Positions 26,395 through 38,840 of a DNA stretch of 64,000 nucleotides are shown here, piece after piece. The notes beneath the pieces are model-generated. The model ran no database searches. It saw only the letters and a list, made by a program, of their open reading frames with translations, and was not told the origin of the DNA. Numbering within the stretch: the first letter of the stretch is position 1; every line of letters begins with the position of its first letter. Position numbers and translations under genes: made by a program. This stretch comes from Pavona decussata (lineage: Eukaryota). Location: assembly GCA_977016875.1 (NCBI GenBank), contig CDRNST010000175.1, positions 868,001-932,000 of the forward strand. Direction: 5' to 3'.

Positions 26395-27480
26395 AAGGTC
26401 TATGAATGATGGCTCTTTATCAGCGGCATCTGTTGTCGTTTTAATTCCATTATTGCGGTGCCATTCTGTTAATAGCTTTACACTCCCTGTGATGCTCATT
26501 GTTTTTCCGGGGCGTGTGGTCAATTAATCTTGGATGCCATCTGTCGGCTATTCTTTCAATGCGATTAGCTTCTAGAGCACGTTCCACCTATACTCCAAAG
26601 TCCGGTAGAGTTGCATGCAGATGTGTGTTTTTGTTGGTTATAGCTGCTTCGCTGCCCATCCCCCAGCTGTTTCTCATTGATTTCTTTGCTTTGTTCCAAA
26701 TACGTGCGTATTTGCTGAAAGGTCTTATTGGCGGGTTGCAGTCTTTTGTCTGGCAGTTCTTCATTCATGGTTTGGTTTGCTGCGCAAGTGATGCTTTTAG
26801 CATATGCTGGAACATTCTCTGCATGGTCAAGCAGTTCACCATCAAAACATCCGCTTTCAGCAAGGGAAACGAACTCTGGACTGTACGCTATCAGCATGCT
26901 TGGATAGTTTTTTTTAGATATAATGAATATATCCATGTATTGATTTTACTGTTTTGCAGCTGACTTTGGGGCGAATTTAGGTTTATGCGTTTGTTTGTTC
27001 AACCATTTCTACATGTATGCTTGGGATGGTTTAACAAATGATCTAGCTTTGCTGGTCCAATTGGATGTTAGTAATGTGTGGTAGTGGTTTCCACAGCATG
27101 CTTCAACTTCATGATCTTTTCTCTGGTCATGGAAATGGGCGTAAACAAGATAGCTGCATGACTTACGGTTTTGTAGGAAGTCAATCAGTACCATGAATTC
27201 TGTTCTGCTTGGATCTGTTTGATAGCAACAGCTACACCATTTCCGTTTTTTTTTAACTTTCTTTGTTGTCCTGTTTGATATTTGTGCTAGGTGGCGGTTC
27301 GATGGTGAGGGCGCCAGAATTACAGCCACAAATACAGCAGATGTTACCTGTGGCGCTTTCTTTTGCTGCTTTGGCAAGTGGCCCTCTCACTGCTGATATA
27401 GCTGACGCATATGGTGATTCTTCTCCCTTTGACTCCTGATTTATTTTAGTAATTTTGATCCAGTTTAGACATGCATGCAT
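26395..27480 (-). pseudogene. Parvovirus/densovirus NS1-like (HUH endonuclease) endogenous element, truncated before the helicase Walker A
   Basis: Ordered rolling-circle-like motifs KWCSCCY, NHYHTLL (HUH), VKSIHGYIHYI (Tyr motif), then MSITGSVKLLTEWHRNNGI resembling the pre-helicase helix of densovirus NS1. Intronless, with stops and frameshifts. Confidence 0.5.
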
Positions 27481-27526
27481 AAAATAACCTCTAAGAACTT
27501 CCGTTTGAGGTTTACGTACCCATAAC

Positions 27527-27554
27527 CATATATATTTAGAAAGGAGACACGTCA
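27527..27554 (-). promoter_or_regulatory. Putative CRE (TGACGT) plus TATA-like box upstream of the NS1-like ORF
   Basis: Minus strand reads TGACGTgtctcctttcTAAATATATAT; motif match only. Confidence 0.25.
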
Positions 27555-27689
27555 GGGTTTCCAAAACGATCATTAACTATTACAATAATAATAAATTCAA
27601 AATGGCAGCCCAAGTAGCCAAAAAATGCCTTTCTCTGCAGAACATTCTTCCATAAATTATCAGAATAAAATGTGCAGTAAATATTTTAT

Positions 27690-30600
27690 TGTATTGTATT
27701 GTATTGTATGTTATGAACCACTTCAATGGTTCCCATCAATCCCTCTAAGTGGGTTGGTTCTCCTTGGTAGGCTATCCAATCAATTGTGGCAAATGGATTG
27801 AAGTTTACTTGTTTTGTTCCAGTTTGCATTACACAAACTGTTGAATTTTTTTGTTGAAAATTTCCGTCCTTGAAGTAACAGTGTCGTGCCCTGTGATGGT
27901 TTCTTTGAGCTTCGTGTGATTGACAGCGTTCAAAACTAATAATTATGGTGTAGTCTACTTTGCGTTCAGTGTTAATTTACAATTCTCAGGGTAGTTTCTT
28001 CGATCAACCTGGTTATATCTTTGTTACGAATCAGTTGTGAAATTTTTTGTCATCCCTCAGTTGATGTGCTGAAGGGAATCCGGACAGCACTGCTATATTG
28101 TCCATATACAACGTTCATCCCCCTAGTGATGTCAATGATAACACTGTTTTTCATGAGAGCGTATGAAGTGGTTATCGTTATGTGCAGTATGTTAAAGTTT
28201 CCATGTTAGATTTGTGCCCAAAAGGCCACTAAACATTGTATTGTATTGTATTGTGTGTTATGAACCACTTGTGGTCAACTACAAAGCCTTTGCTACTTTG
28301 ACCACCACACATATTTTCTAATTTGCACTGTATTTATTTTTATCTTGTAATCATCTGTTGTAATACTTTTCTTTCTATGTTAATGTTGTGTAAATAGTGT
28401 AAAATAAATGAACCAACCACTTGAATGATTCCTGTCAATCCCTCTGAGTGGGTCGGTTCTCCTTGGTAGGCCATCCAATCAATTGTGGTAAATGGATTGA
28501 AGTTTTCTTGTTTTCGCCCAGTTTGCATTACACAAACAGTTAAATTTTTGTGTTGAATATTTTCCGACCTTGAAGTAACAGTGTCGTGTCCTGTGATGGT
28601 TTCTTTGAGTTTCATGTGATTGACAGCGTTCAAATTAATAAAACTAATAATTATTATTGGCTTTTAAACTTACCTTTTATAGAAAACATGCGTTACTAGC
28701 AAGGAATCATGCGGGGATGCAATTGTTTCAAAGAATGGTCTCTCTGTCAACAGAATTTCATTTGGAACTTTTATCAGTTCAACCAAATGTGAAGGAGTTT
28801 ATGGTCTCACTTGGTTAAGATCCTGTTACAAGAATTTGAACACACTTCACGTTTTTGTTGTGAGGCCTCACAAATCATGTCCATAAGGAAGTTTTGTTTC
28901 AGTTAGTTTGTAAATTATTATTTGAGGGGGAGAAAAAATTCTTAGAAAGTCAGATGTTGTTATTGAAAATCTATGGGAAAATTTTAGTTTTTCAGTACTA
29001 TTATAAATCGTTGGCAATTTCAAAGTTTGGTGAAGGAAAGTTTGGTATGTGAGTTGTAGAGATTGTTGGTAAAGGAAATTAAGTGCATAGTTTCTTTGGC
29101 CTCCCCCACCCTCACTTACATCTTTGAACGACATGAAGTAATTTTGTGTCTGTTTCCTGGCATGGTTATAAGGCTGAGTAATCTGTTACACGCATGCAAT
29201 TAAAATAGAACACCCCTATGTCTACATAAAATCATGTAATTCGTGAAAAACATTATATTAAACTAATGTAGGTGTAGTCTACTTTGAGTTCAGTGTTAAT
29301 TTACAATTCTCAGGGTAGTTTCTTCGATCAACCTGGTTATATCTTTGTTACGAATCAGTCGTGAATTTTTTGTCATCCATCAGTGGATGTGCTGAAGGGA
29401 ATCCGGACAGCACTGCTATATTGTCCATATGCAACGTTCATTCCTCCTAGTGATGTCAATGATAACACTGTTTTTCCTGAGAACGTATGAAGTGGTTATT
29501 ATTATGTGCAGTATGTTAAAGTTTCCCTATTAGATTTGTGCCCAAAAGGCCAGTAAACATTATATTGTATTGTATGTTATGAAGCACTTGAATGGTTCCA
29601 GTCCATCCCTCTGAGTGGGTCGGTTCTCCTTGGTAGGCTATCCAGTCGATTGTGGTAAATGGATTGAAGTTTTCTTGTTTTCGTCCAGTTTGCATTACAC
29701 AAACAGTAAAATTTTTGTGTTGAAAATTTCCGTCCTTGAAGTAACAGTGTCGTGGCCTGTGATGGTTTCTTTGAGCTTCGTGTGATTGACAGCATTCAAA
29801 TTAATAAAACTAATTATTGGCTTTTAATATTACATTTTATAGAAAACGTGCGTAAGTAGCAAGGAATCATGCAAGGATGCAAGTGTTTGGAAGAATGGTC
29901 TCTCTGTGAACAGAATTCTATTTAAAGCATTTACCAGTAAAAACCAAATGTGAAGGAGAGTCTATGGTGTCATATGGTTAACATCTTGTTAGTGGAGTGT
30001 TAACACACCTGAAGTTTTTGTTGTGAAGCCTCAAAAATCACGTCCATAAGGAAGTTACTTCTTGTTGCAATTAGTTTGTAAATTGTTATTTGAGGGGAAG
30101 AAAATTCTTCAATAATCAAATGTTGTTTAAGAACATCTATGACAGAATTTTAGTTTTTCAGTACTATTAAAAATTGTTGGCAATTTCAAAGTTTTGTGTA
30201 AGCAAAGTTCGATATGTGAGGTGTAGAGATGGTTGATAAACGAAATTAAGTGCACAGTTTCTTCAGCTTCTCCCACCCTCAATTACGTCTTTGAACCACT
30301 CGAATAAATTTTGTCTATTTTCTATCATGGTTATAAGGCTGAGTAATCAGTAACGTGGATGATATTAAAATAGAACACTCCTATAACTACATAAAATCAT
30401 GTAATCCGTTAAGAAAATTATATAAAACTAATGTAGGTGTGGTCTACATTAAGATCAGTGTTTATTCACAATTCTAAAGGTAGTTTCCTTTTATCAACCT
30501 GGTTATATCTTTGATATGAATCACTCGTGATTTTTTTCAAAGAATGGTCTCTCTGTGAAGAGAAATCTCTTCAATCGTTTATCAGTTCAACCAAATGTGA

Positions 30601-32950
30601 AGGAGCTTATGGTCTCACTTGGGTAACATCCTATTACAAGAATTTTAACACACTTCAAGTTTTTGTTGTGAAGCCTCACAAATCACGTCCATAAGGAAAT
30701 TTTGTTTCAGTTTGTAAATTATTTGAGAGGGAGAAAAAATTCTTAAAAAAGTCAGATGTTGTTATTGAAAATCTATGGGAAAATTTTAGTTTTTCAGTAC
30801 TATTATAAATCGTTGGCAATTTCAAAGTTTGGTGAAGGAAAGTTTGGTATGTGAGTTGTAGAGATTGTTGGTAAAGGAAATTAAGTGCATAGTTTCTTTA
30901 GCTTCCCCCACCCTCATTTACATCTTTGAACGACATGAAGTAATTTTGTGTCTGTTTTCTAGCATGGTTATAAGGCTGAGTAATCAGTTACACGCATGAA
31001 ATTAAAATAAAACACTCCTATGTCTACATAAAATCATGTAATCCGTGAAAAACATCACATTAAACTAATGTAGGTGTAGTCTACTTTGAGTTCAGTGTTA
31101 ATTTAGAATTCTCAGGGTAGTTTCTTCGATCAACCTGGTTATATCTTTGATACGAATCAGTCGTGAATTTTTTGTCATCCCTCAGTGGATGTGGTGAAGG
31201 GAATGAATGGTTCCAGTCCATCCCTCTGAGTGGGCCGGTTCTCCTTGGTCGGCTATCCAGTCGATTGTGGTAAATGGATTGAAGTTTTCTTGTTTTCGTC
31301 CTGTTTGCATTACACAAACAGTAAAATGTTTGTGTTGAAAATTTCCGTCCTTGAAGTAAGTGTCGTGGCCTGTGATGGTTTCTTTGAGTTTCATGTGATT
31401 GACAGTGTTTAAATTAATAAAACTCATTATTGGCTTTTAATCTTACATTTCATAGAAAACATACGTTACTAGCAAGGAATCATGCGAGGATGCAATTGTT
31501 TGGAGGAATGGTCTCTGTGAATTTATAGAAATCTATTTCAAAAGTTAATCAGTTCAACCAAATGTGAAGGAGAGTTTATGGTCTCACTTGGTTAACATCT
31601 TTTTAGAAGAATTTTAACACACTTCAAATTTTGTTGTAAAGCCTCAAAAATCACGTCCATGAGGAAGTTTTTTACAGTTAGTTTGTAAATTATTATTTGA
31701 AGGGGAGAAAAAATTCTTAAAGGGCCAGATGTTGTGGTTGAAAATCTGTGGCTATCCAGTCGATTGCGGTAAATGGATTGAAGTTTTCCTGTTTTCGCCC
31801 AGTTTGCATTACACAAACAGTAAAATTTTTGTGTTGAAAATTTCCGTCCTTGAAGTAACAGTATCGTGCCCTGTTGTGAATGATTCATGAATCAGTCGAG
31901 AATTTTTTCAAAGAATGGTCTCTCTGTGAAGAGAAATCTCTTTCAATCATTTATCAGTTCAACCAAATGTGAAGGAGCTTGTGGTCTCACTTGGCTAACA
32001 TCCTGTTACAAGAACAGTTGCACACTTCAAGTTTTTGTTGTGAGACCTCACAAATCACGTCCATTAGGAAGTTTTGTTTCAGTTAGTTTGTAAATTATTA
32101 TTTGAGGGGGAGAAAAAATTCTTAAAAAGTCAGATGTTATTGACAATCTATTGGAAAATTTTAGTTTTTCAGTACTATTATAAATTGTTGGCAATTTCAA
32201 AGTTTGGTATGTGAGTTGTAGAGATTGTTGGTAAAGTAAATTAAGTGCATAGTTTCTTTAGCCTCCCCCACCGTCGATTGCCTCTTTGAACCACATGTGG
32301 TAATTTTGCCATTTCTGTTTTCTAGCATTGTTAAAAGCTGAGTCATCAGTAACACACATGAAATTAAAAAAGAACACTCCTATGTCTACATAAAAATATG
32401 TAATCCGTTAAGAAAATTATGTAAAACTAATGTATGTGTGGTCTACTTTAAGTCCAGTGTTAATTCACAATTCTTAGGGAAGTTTCCTTTTGATCAACCT
32501 GGTTATATCTCTGATACAAATCAGTCATGAATTTTTTATCATTTCTCAGTGGATGTGCTGAATGGAATCCAGACAGCACTGCTACATTGTCCATATTCAT
32601 TGTCATTCCTCCTAGTGATGTCAGTGATAACACTGTTTTTGTTGAGAGGGTATGAAGTGGTTATCAGTGTGTAAAAATTTCCATGTTAGATTTGTGCCCA
32701 AAAGGCCAGTAAAGGCTATCCAATCAATTGTGGCAAATGGATTTATTTTTTGTTTTCTTCTAGTTTGCATCACGCAAACTGTAAAATTTTTGTGTTGAAA
32801 ATTTCTGTCCTAGAAGTAACGGTCTCATGGCTTGTCATGGCTTCTTTCAGTTTCATGTGATTGATAGCATTCAAATTAATAAAACTGGTTATTGGCTTTT
32901 AATATTACAGTTTAAAGGAAATGCGTTAGTAGCAAGGAATCATGCAAGGA
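27690..32950. repeat. Complex tandem array, full unit about 1.17 kb, with several complete and internally deleted copies
   Basis: ttagatttgtgcccaaaagg near 28206, 29530, 32686. gg(c/t)atcca block near 27770, 28469, 29636, 31251, 31749, 32714. gaatggtctct near 28733, 29893, 30542, 31506, 31913. Confidence 0.95.
28272..28414 (+). mobile_element. Short 5'-truncated retroposon 3' end inserted in one satellite unit
   Basis: Flanked by direct repeat aaccacttg (28263-28271 and 28415-28423). Ends aataaatgaacc; absent from the other units. Confidence 0.7.
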
Positions 32951-32952
32951 TT

Positions 32953-33700
32953 TGTCGCGAATGCCCTAGGGCCGAACTTCACGATATCACAGAATAAATT
33001 TGATTTAGGATGATTTAATATCACGGTTCACAGTTCTCAGGTACAGTACTCTTTCACTCTCTAGGCGACTAAACTATGTCGTACAATACAATGTTAAACT
33101 AACGATCTGTCAACAACGGTCTCCTGTATCTAAGTCACTCGATCAAGCTGTCAATCAATATGAAAATACTTGGAACGTGTCCATCTTTGATTTCTGACTG
33201 TGATTGACATATAATCTAAATATCCATTATCGCATGTTTAAAAGGTCTCACTCGGAATAATTATCTTAAATGTTTATATTAGTCACACAATCTCTGACAC
33301 ACTCCCCCTGTTTGTCTCCGGAGGAGAGAAACACTAAAACTGTGCGGTACTACTAGTAACAAATAACTTGCACAAATCAATTACGGTCAATCAAGTGTTC
33401 TTAATTACAGTTCAGTGTTCCTTGAAATTTTGTCTACTCCGTTTCAGTAGCAATGTCCTGGATTCTCAGGTTTGCTGCCACTGTAGCATCTCCTCGTGGT
33501 CTGAATGCGGGTGCACCTGGCTTAAGTTGTACGGGACTCTCCACACTAGCTCTGTCGCACGTCAACTCTAACGGGTAGAGCTGTTGAATTGCTCTCTCTA
33601 GGGTCGTTTTCTCTGCTCGCAGCTTGGCGACTCGCACAACCCCGTCTCTTCCAGCAATCAGGTCTTCTACAATGCCAAGTTTCCACTTGTTTCGCTCTCA
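32953..33700 (-). mobile_element. Second BEL/Pao 3' end: LTR 32953-33299, polypurine tract, end of pol
   Basis: TG...CA segment with AGGGGGAG tract. KWKLGIVEDLIAGRDGVVRVAKLRAEKTTLERAIQQLYPLEL. Confidence 0.8.
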
Positions 33701-33958
33701 AGGGCTCAATTGAACACAATTCAATTCCAAGAAAGTTGAAAGTTGCCATATAGCTTGTCTATGAGAAAGAGGAAAAAGGATCTACTTCTGCTCTTACCAC
33801 TGCACTCTTGTTAAAATTTATTTCAATATAAAACAGTAATTCCATCCCGCTATGAGTTCGTAACCGCAAGCTCCAACAGTGCAACCACTAATTGAATATG
33901 ATGACGGCTCCTAAGCAGATATGTGACGTCACCCCTTACCAACCAGAATTGGCCAATA

Positions 33959-34634
33959 CAGCACTGTGCAAAAGTAATGAGAGCGAAATTCGTCGAAATG
34001 CATCCTTTCTTCTCACGAATTTTCAAGGAAATTTCGAACAATATTTCACGATCTTTCTTCGAAAATTCAAAGAACTTTTGAAGAGATGTTGCGTGGAAAT
34101 CGAAAATTCGGAAAAGGACTTTCTGTTTCTGTTCTGGGTTAATGTTTTGTCATATTAAAGTTTGCCAAACACGTTGGTAAGATGTGGAATCCTCCTCAGA
34201 TAAACCGGAATAAAACAGACTGCGTGACGTTTTGTTTACATTCATGTGAGCGATGGTATGGTGCCCAGACTTCTCTCTTGAACTACGGTTGCCATGATTA
34301 CGTACCCATCTATTGTTGTTGAGATGAAACCTCGAGTGAATTGAATATATTACTGCAGCTTAAAGCGTCATTTTAAGAGAATCGTTTGCTGAAAATTCGA
34401 TACCTGTCTCTCGAAAAATCGAATTCCTCTTCAAACATTCGAGACTGACCTTCCGAAATTTCGAAATGCTGACAAGGCCGTAATTTCGAGCGTGTCAAAA
34501 CAATAGCGGCTTCTAAAATTCGCGGAACATTTATCAAGTTTTGTGTCCTTCGAAATTTCGCGGTTTTCGCTGCTTTTCGCCAAATTTCGACGAAATTCGT
34601 CGAAATTCGCTCTCATTACTTTTGCACAGTACTG
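33959..34634. mobile_element. Tc1/mariner-type MITE
   Basis: TIR CAG(C/T)ACTGTGCAAAAGTAATGAGAGCGAA (29 bp, 1 mismatch), TA on both flanks, internal ttcgaaa-type repeats. Confidence 0.9.
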
Positions 34635-34897
34635 TATTTCCACATCCGGCATCTGGCTCGTGATGAGGTGGTTAAATTCAGTTAAACTGATGTTTGTTCA
34701 TGCTTCTTCAAGAGGTAACAGAATGTAACGTAGGGGAACCCTGTGAAACTAGAAGGAAATTAAACTGTTGCATCACTTAAAATAATAAGATAAAAGATGA
34801 CTTTGAACTGGAAAGTGAAAAACAACAGTCATAGTTAAGTTTTGTTACCAAAAGGTATATGGCTGTACTGAAACTACTTATTTTGGCTGTTGTTCTG

Positions 34898-35136
34898 AGC
34901 CCAGTTGTTCAAAGCCCGATTAAGCTAATCCTGGATTAATGCAAACTTTGACTCGAGTTTAATTGCTAATCGATAAAATTTCTTCCAAACAAATTTTGGC
35001 CGTCAATCATTACTTAGACCTTTCTTTACCTTGAGCTCTAAATAAGCCTTTAAAACCATTTTTAACAAGTGAACTGAAAGCCTTGATTAAAATCTAATTG
35101 TGGATTAGCGTTAATCGCTTTTTGAACAACCCAGCC
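34898..35136. mobile_element. Harbinger-type MITE
   Basis: Imperfect TIR agcccagttgttcaaa / tttgaacaacccagcc with 3-bp ctg duplication on both sides. Confidence 0.75.
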
Positions 35137-35261
35137 CTGGATGATAAGGATTTGAAGACATCGCCAAAATTGTATAATGGTTTAATGGTCTCCCTGCTAA
35201 CATTCAGGAGGAACTTTGAAGAATCAGCATACAGTACGTTTAGGCACACTGCATGGCTGTT

Positions 35262-35409
35262 GTTCAAAGTTCTTCCTTTTTTTACCTAAAAATAGCAAAA
35301 CCCCTGTGATAGTACCCATCCCACCACCGAGAGGTGTTCAAAGTTCCTCCTCTTTTGACCTAAAAATAGCAAAACCCCTGTGATAGTACCCATCCCATCA
35401 GAGAGGTGC
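35262..35409. repeat. Tandem duplication, about 74 bp x 2
   Basis: acctaaaaatagcaaaacccctgtgatagtacccatccca occurs twice. Confidence 0.9.
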
Positions 35410-36259
35410 ATTGCAGAGCTTACTTCTTATCAGTTCTCTAGGAAGGGCGGTTACCTCCTTATCTGTTTCTTCAAATCGATAACTACTACATGGACTGCAA
35501 AAACAAGTTTATCCTTCGTTTTTGTGCTCTCCTTGTTAAAAAAGGAATGTTCAGGAATGTTCATCTTATCGTGGAACTCGGTGTTGTTTGTGCATTAAAG
35601 TGTAAGTATGTTTGTGCTTGTTGCTTATGGGAAAATCCTAAGAGAATGTCATTAAAATTCTGATGCAGGCTCAATTATCGTTTATAATGGTGGGCTACAC
35701 TCACAAAATGTAGATCAGGGTATGCAAGTTTTGCTCTACTCAATAAATGAACTTGTAGTATTGGCTACCAACAGGATACCAATGCAGGAGAATTAACTTT
35801 TTCTTGCCATCATTGAATAATTTGCTTGTAAAATTAGCGCTTGGCTACAAAATTAAAATTGAGATACTGAGGCAACTGTAAAAATGCGATTTATCGTGCA
35901 AAAGTTGCGATTGAAGTTCACTTTGAATTATTTTATCAGCGGAATTTCAAAGTGACTAAGAAGAATGAACAGCCTGCAGATTTCATGTTCAACTTCATTT
36001 ATCCTCATGCATAAAGTGGCTTCCTGAAGGATCATGTCTCGAAGTACTCTCCAAACAAGCTGAAGATATGATGCCACTTGTGCATCTAGATACCAAGAAA
36101 ATGACGACAGTTGACGTGTTGGCTGGTTTTGTGAAAAAAAATGCAAGCTGTTGACTGCTGATCAAAGAAGAAGAATGGTACAGGGACAAATGGAACACTG
36201 ACACACCATAGTTGATGATAATAATAAGACGATTAGCACGCTTTTTCAATTTTTTCAGG

Positions 36260-36596
36260 TGTTTATCTGCTTATCCAATGTTTTGAAAGAATCTCAAATT
36301 CTTTTACTTTGATGCCTATAAAATCGTCTTCACTTTGGGATTTTACACAAGCTGGATTGTTGGACGTCCACATTTTAATGCTTCTTTCACAGCCAAGAAT
36401 TGAGTCACAACAAAAACTCACAGCAACTGGTGGCTGTATTGTTTCTTTGCAAATAATGCACTCAAATCAATTTAGAATCTCTTTAACAATCGCATTTTGC
36501 ACTGCACTGCACTGTGCTGCAATGTATTTTGGCAATTTGTGAAGGATAGCTTCTGTCACTGCCATGTTCACTACCTCTGATATCTTGCATTAATAT
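36260..36596 (-). pseudogene. Decayed RING-finger exon
   Basis: After a ctgcag acceptor: ...ILN*FECIICKETIQPPVAVSFCCDSILGCERSIKMW..NPACVKS (two ligands mutated to Ser, one stop). Confidence 0.5.
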
Positions 36597-37249
36597 CTGC
36601 AGAAGACAATAAGCCATGACATAAAGTATAGCAGAAACCTTTGCCTCAAATGGCCTTCATTTTAATAGTTTTGAATTGATATAGGGTTGGATAAGTTCCG
36701 ATAAAATTGTAATTAATCAATGTCTTCCCCAAGAGTTGCATTTGTATATTGTGAACCATTTGTATATTCAGAGTATGGTGGTAGTTTTTAAATTTTTGTG
36801 ATTTCTTGTAGAATATGTTTGGTACTCCTTTGGGCATTCACTTTGGCAGCTTCGAAGAATGGTGCAAATAAGTTTGTTTTTACTTGGTTGAGAAAATGTG
36901 AGAACTTTGCAGGAAGGTCCCAAAGTGGATTGAAAAGACAGGGACAATAGCCCAATTAAGCAGCCTTAAGCCGTGAAGTTGTGAGTATATTCCTTTGTTC
37001 TTGATATGTGTAGGAACACCGAAGAATCACTGGAAACATTTCATGGTTTAAATTCTTAGCAAGATACTTTAAGCCCTCATTTATATTAAAGAACAAAGAG
37101 TCTTATGAGAGCTTTAAAAAGGATCCTAAACATTGTGTTTTGATCACTGTAAGCAGAGTTTCAATATTTTTCATCAAGTGGCACTTAGAATATCGAAGTT
37201 ATTAAGCTGAATTAAATGTGTCCATGGCATCATCTTCCCGACGCGTGTC

Positions 37250-38808
37250 AGCCTGGTTTACACTGCTAGATAAGCATAGGCATTGTAAACATTTCCATTT
37301 TCTTATGCTTATGCTTATGCTTGTGTCGCTCAAATAAGTGTGTAAAACGGGTGTTACGCAAGCATTAGCAAAATCCCAAGGAAGCAGCTGTTTGATGCTA
37401 GCGGATTTTCAAGTCAATAGTGTCCAAAATGGTGTCTGAGAATACCGTTTTCTACGAAAAATTTGCTGAGGTAGTTCGCAATTAGGGAGCTTAAGCATCG
37501 ACGACGAATGACACGACAACGACGGAAGTATGACGTCATGTCTGTAAAGGACTGGGTAGCGGGTTTAGTTCTCGGCGGGAAAAATAAAAACTTAAGCAGA
37601 AGCCCCAAATGACGACGACCTCAAACTTCTCGTTCGAATATGTCGTTTAGAGATATGCAGACCTTCTTCTCCTGATGTAAAATGATGGTGTGATTGATGA
37701 TGAAGAATTAATATCACTGTATCTTCAAGCAAACTATCCATTTCTGATATTTCCACATGAATTCCTGATGCTTTCTACTCGTCCCCTAATTTTTGGGCTT
37801 GTTTTGCAGTCAAGAGAGAGTACCTGTCACAGACAGCTCTGGCAGAGTCTCTGAACTTTGGCTGGTCAATGACATTCAGCCGCTGGGCAATAGCTTCCCA
37901 AACCTTTCCCCTTTCCGGGCTCCTTGGTTTGAAATTAAACGGTTCCGAGACAAGAACTTCACGACACATGATGACATCATGCTCCGTTGACCACTGAAAA
38001 TATTTGTTATTGTTCAATAATAGAAAAATAGAACTTTAAGGCCAAATTTTTAGCAACCTTTAGCAACAATTTACTTCACTTATAGCTGATGTAAGTTAGT
38101 GGCAAACTACCGAAGAATGGCATCTGTAAAGCCCTGATACTTACCCTTTCTTCGAAGTGTCTCGCGAAGAAGCCATGTTGGACTGCCTGGAAAAATACAC
38201 TCGTAAGTGGCGCGTTCACAGAATAAGTTATAAATAACAAAATCCGATAAAAACAGGCTTTATCAACCAATAACGAATCAAATAATCCATACAAAATAAA
38301 GGCAGAGTATACACCAAGTTTTCGCGAGTTTAAACAGATTAAATTACTTACGTTTTCGAGAGAAAGCCAACTCACTCAAAATTCAGTCGTCGAGGTACGC
38401 ATGACAACGGCTTGACTGAGACTGACATGCGCAGTTCATTCAAAGCATCACGAATTTACTTCCGGCCGTTGTTGTTCTGTCGTTTGTCGTCAATGCTTAA
38501 GCTCCCTATTATCCCTGCCTCTACGACAAATCCTCAGATGATTTCAGCAACAGGACCTCTTTCTGTTTACACGTTCTTGTTCTTGTCGCTGTGTCGTGTT
38601 CGTCTGCGGAGCAGCAATAGCAGCAGCAGAATTTCATCTTCGTCTGCCATTTTGAAAACGTGAATTGTCCCATTCTCCTGCGGCTTCATTCTGGAGCTCA
38701 TTGCGCTTGAGTATGTCACTTTCCTTGTGCTTATACAACAAGTGTGAGCTTTTGTTATGCTTATGGTTATGGTTGTGCTTATGCTTATGTCGCAGTGTCA
38801 ACCAGGCT
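37250..38808 (-). mobile_element. Harbinger deletion derivative (outer element)
   Basis: TIR agcctggtttacactgc / gcagtgtcaaccaggct with (cttatg)n subterminal repeats. Minus-strand start MADEDEILLLLLLLRRR is typical of Harbinger transposase N-termini. Confidence 0.75.
37484..38507. mobile_element. Harbinger deletion derivative nested in the outer element; retains Myb/SANT-like exon (37775-38017, -) and transposase 5' stub (+)
   Basis: TIR AGGGAGCTTAAGCAT, ATT duplication at 37481-37483 and 38508-38510. [14 protein letters not shown]...[14 protein letters not shown]...AVCDRY. Confidence 0.85.
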
Positions 38809-38840
38809 GTATTGTGCGGAAATCAATACCATCCGTTTAA

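Noticed and set aside
20370-33299. One full-length LTR retrotransposon bounded by the two LTRs
   Set aside because: The LTR sequences differ and each has its own polypurine tract and pol tail, so both are 3' LTRs.
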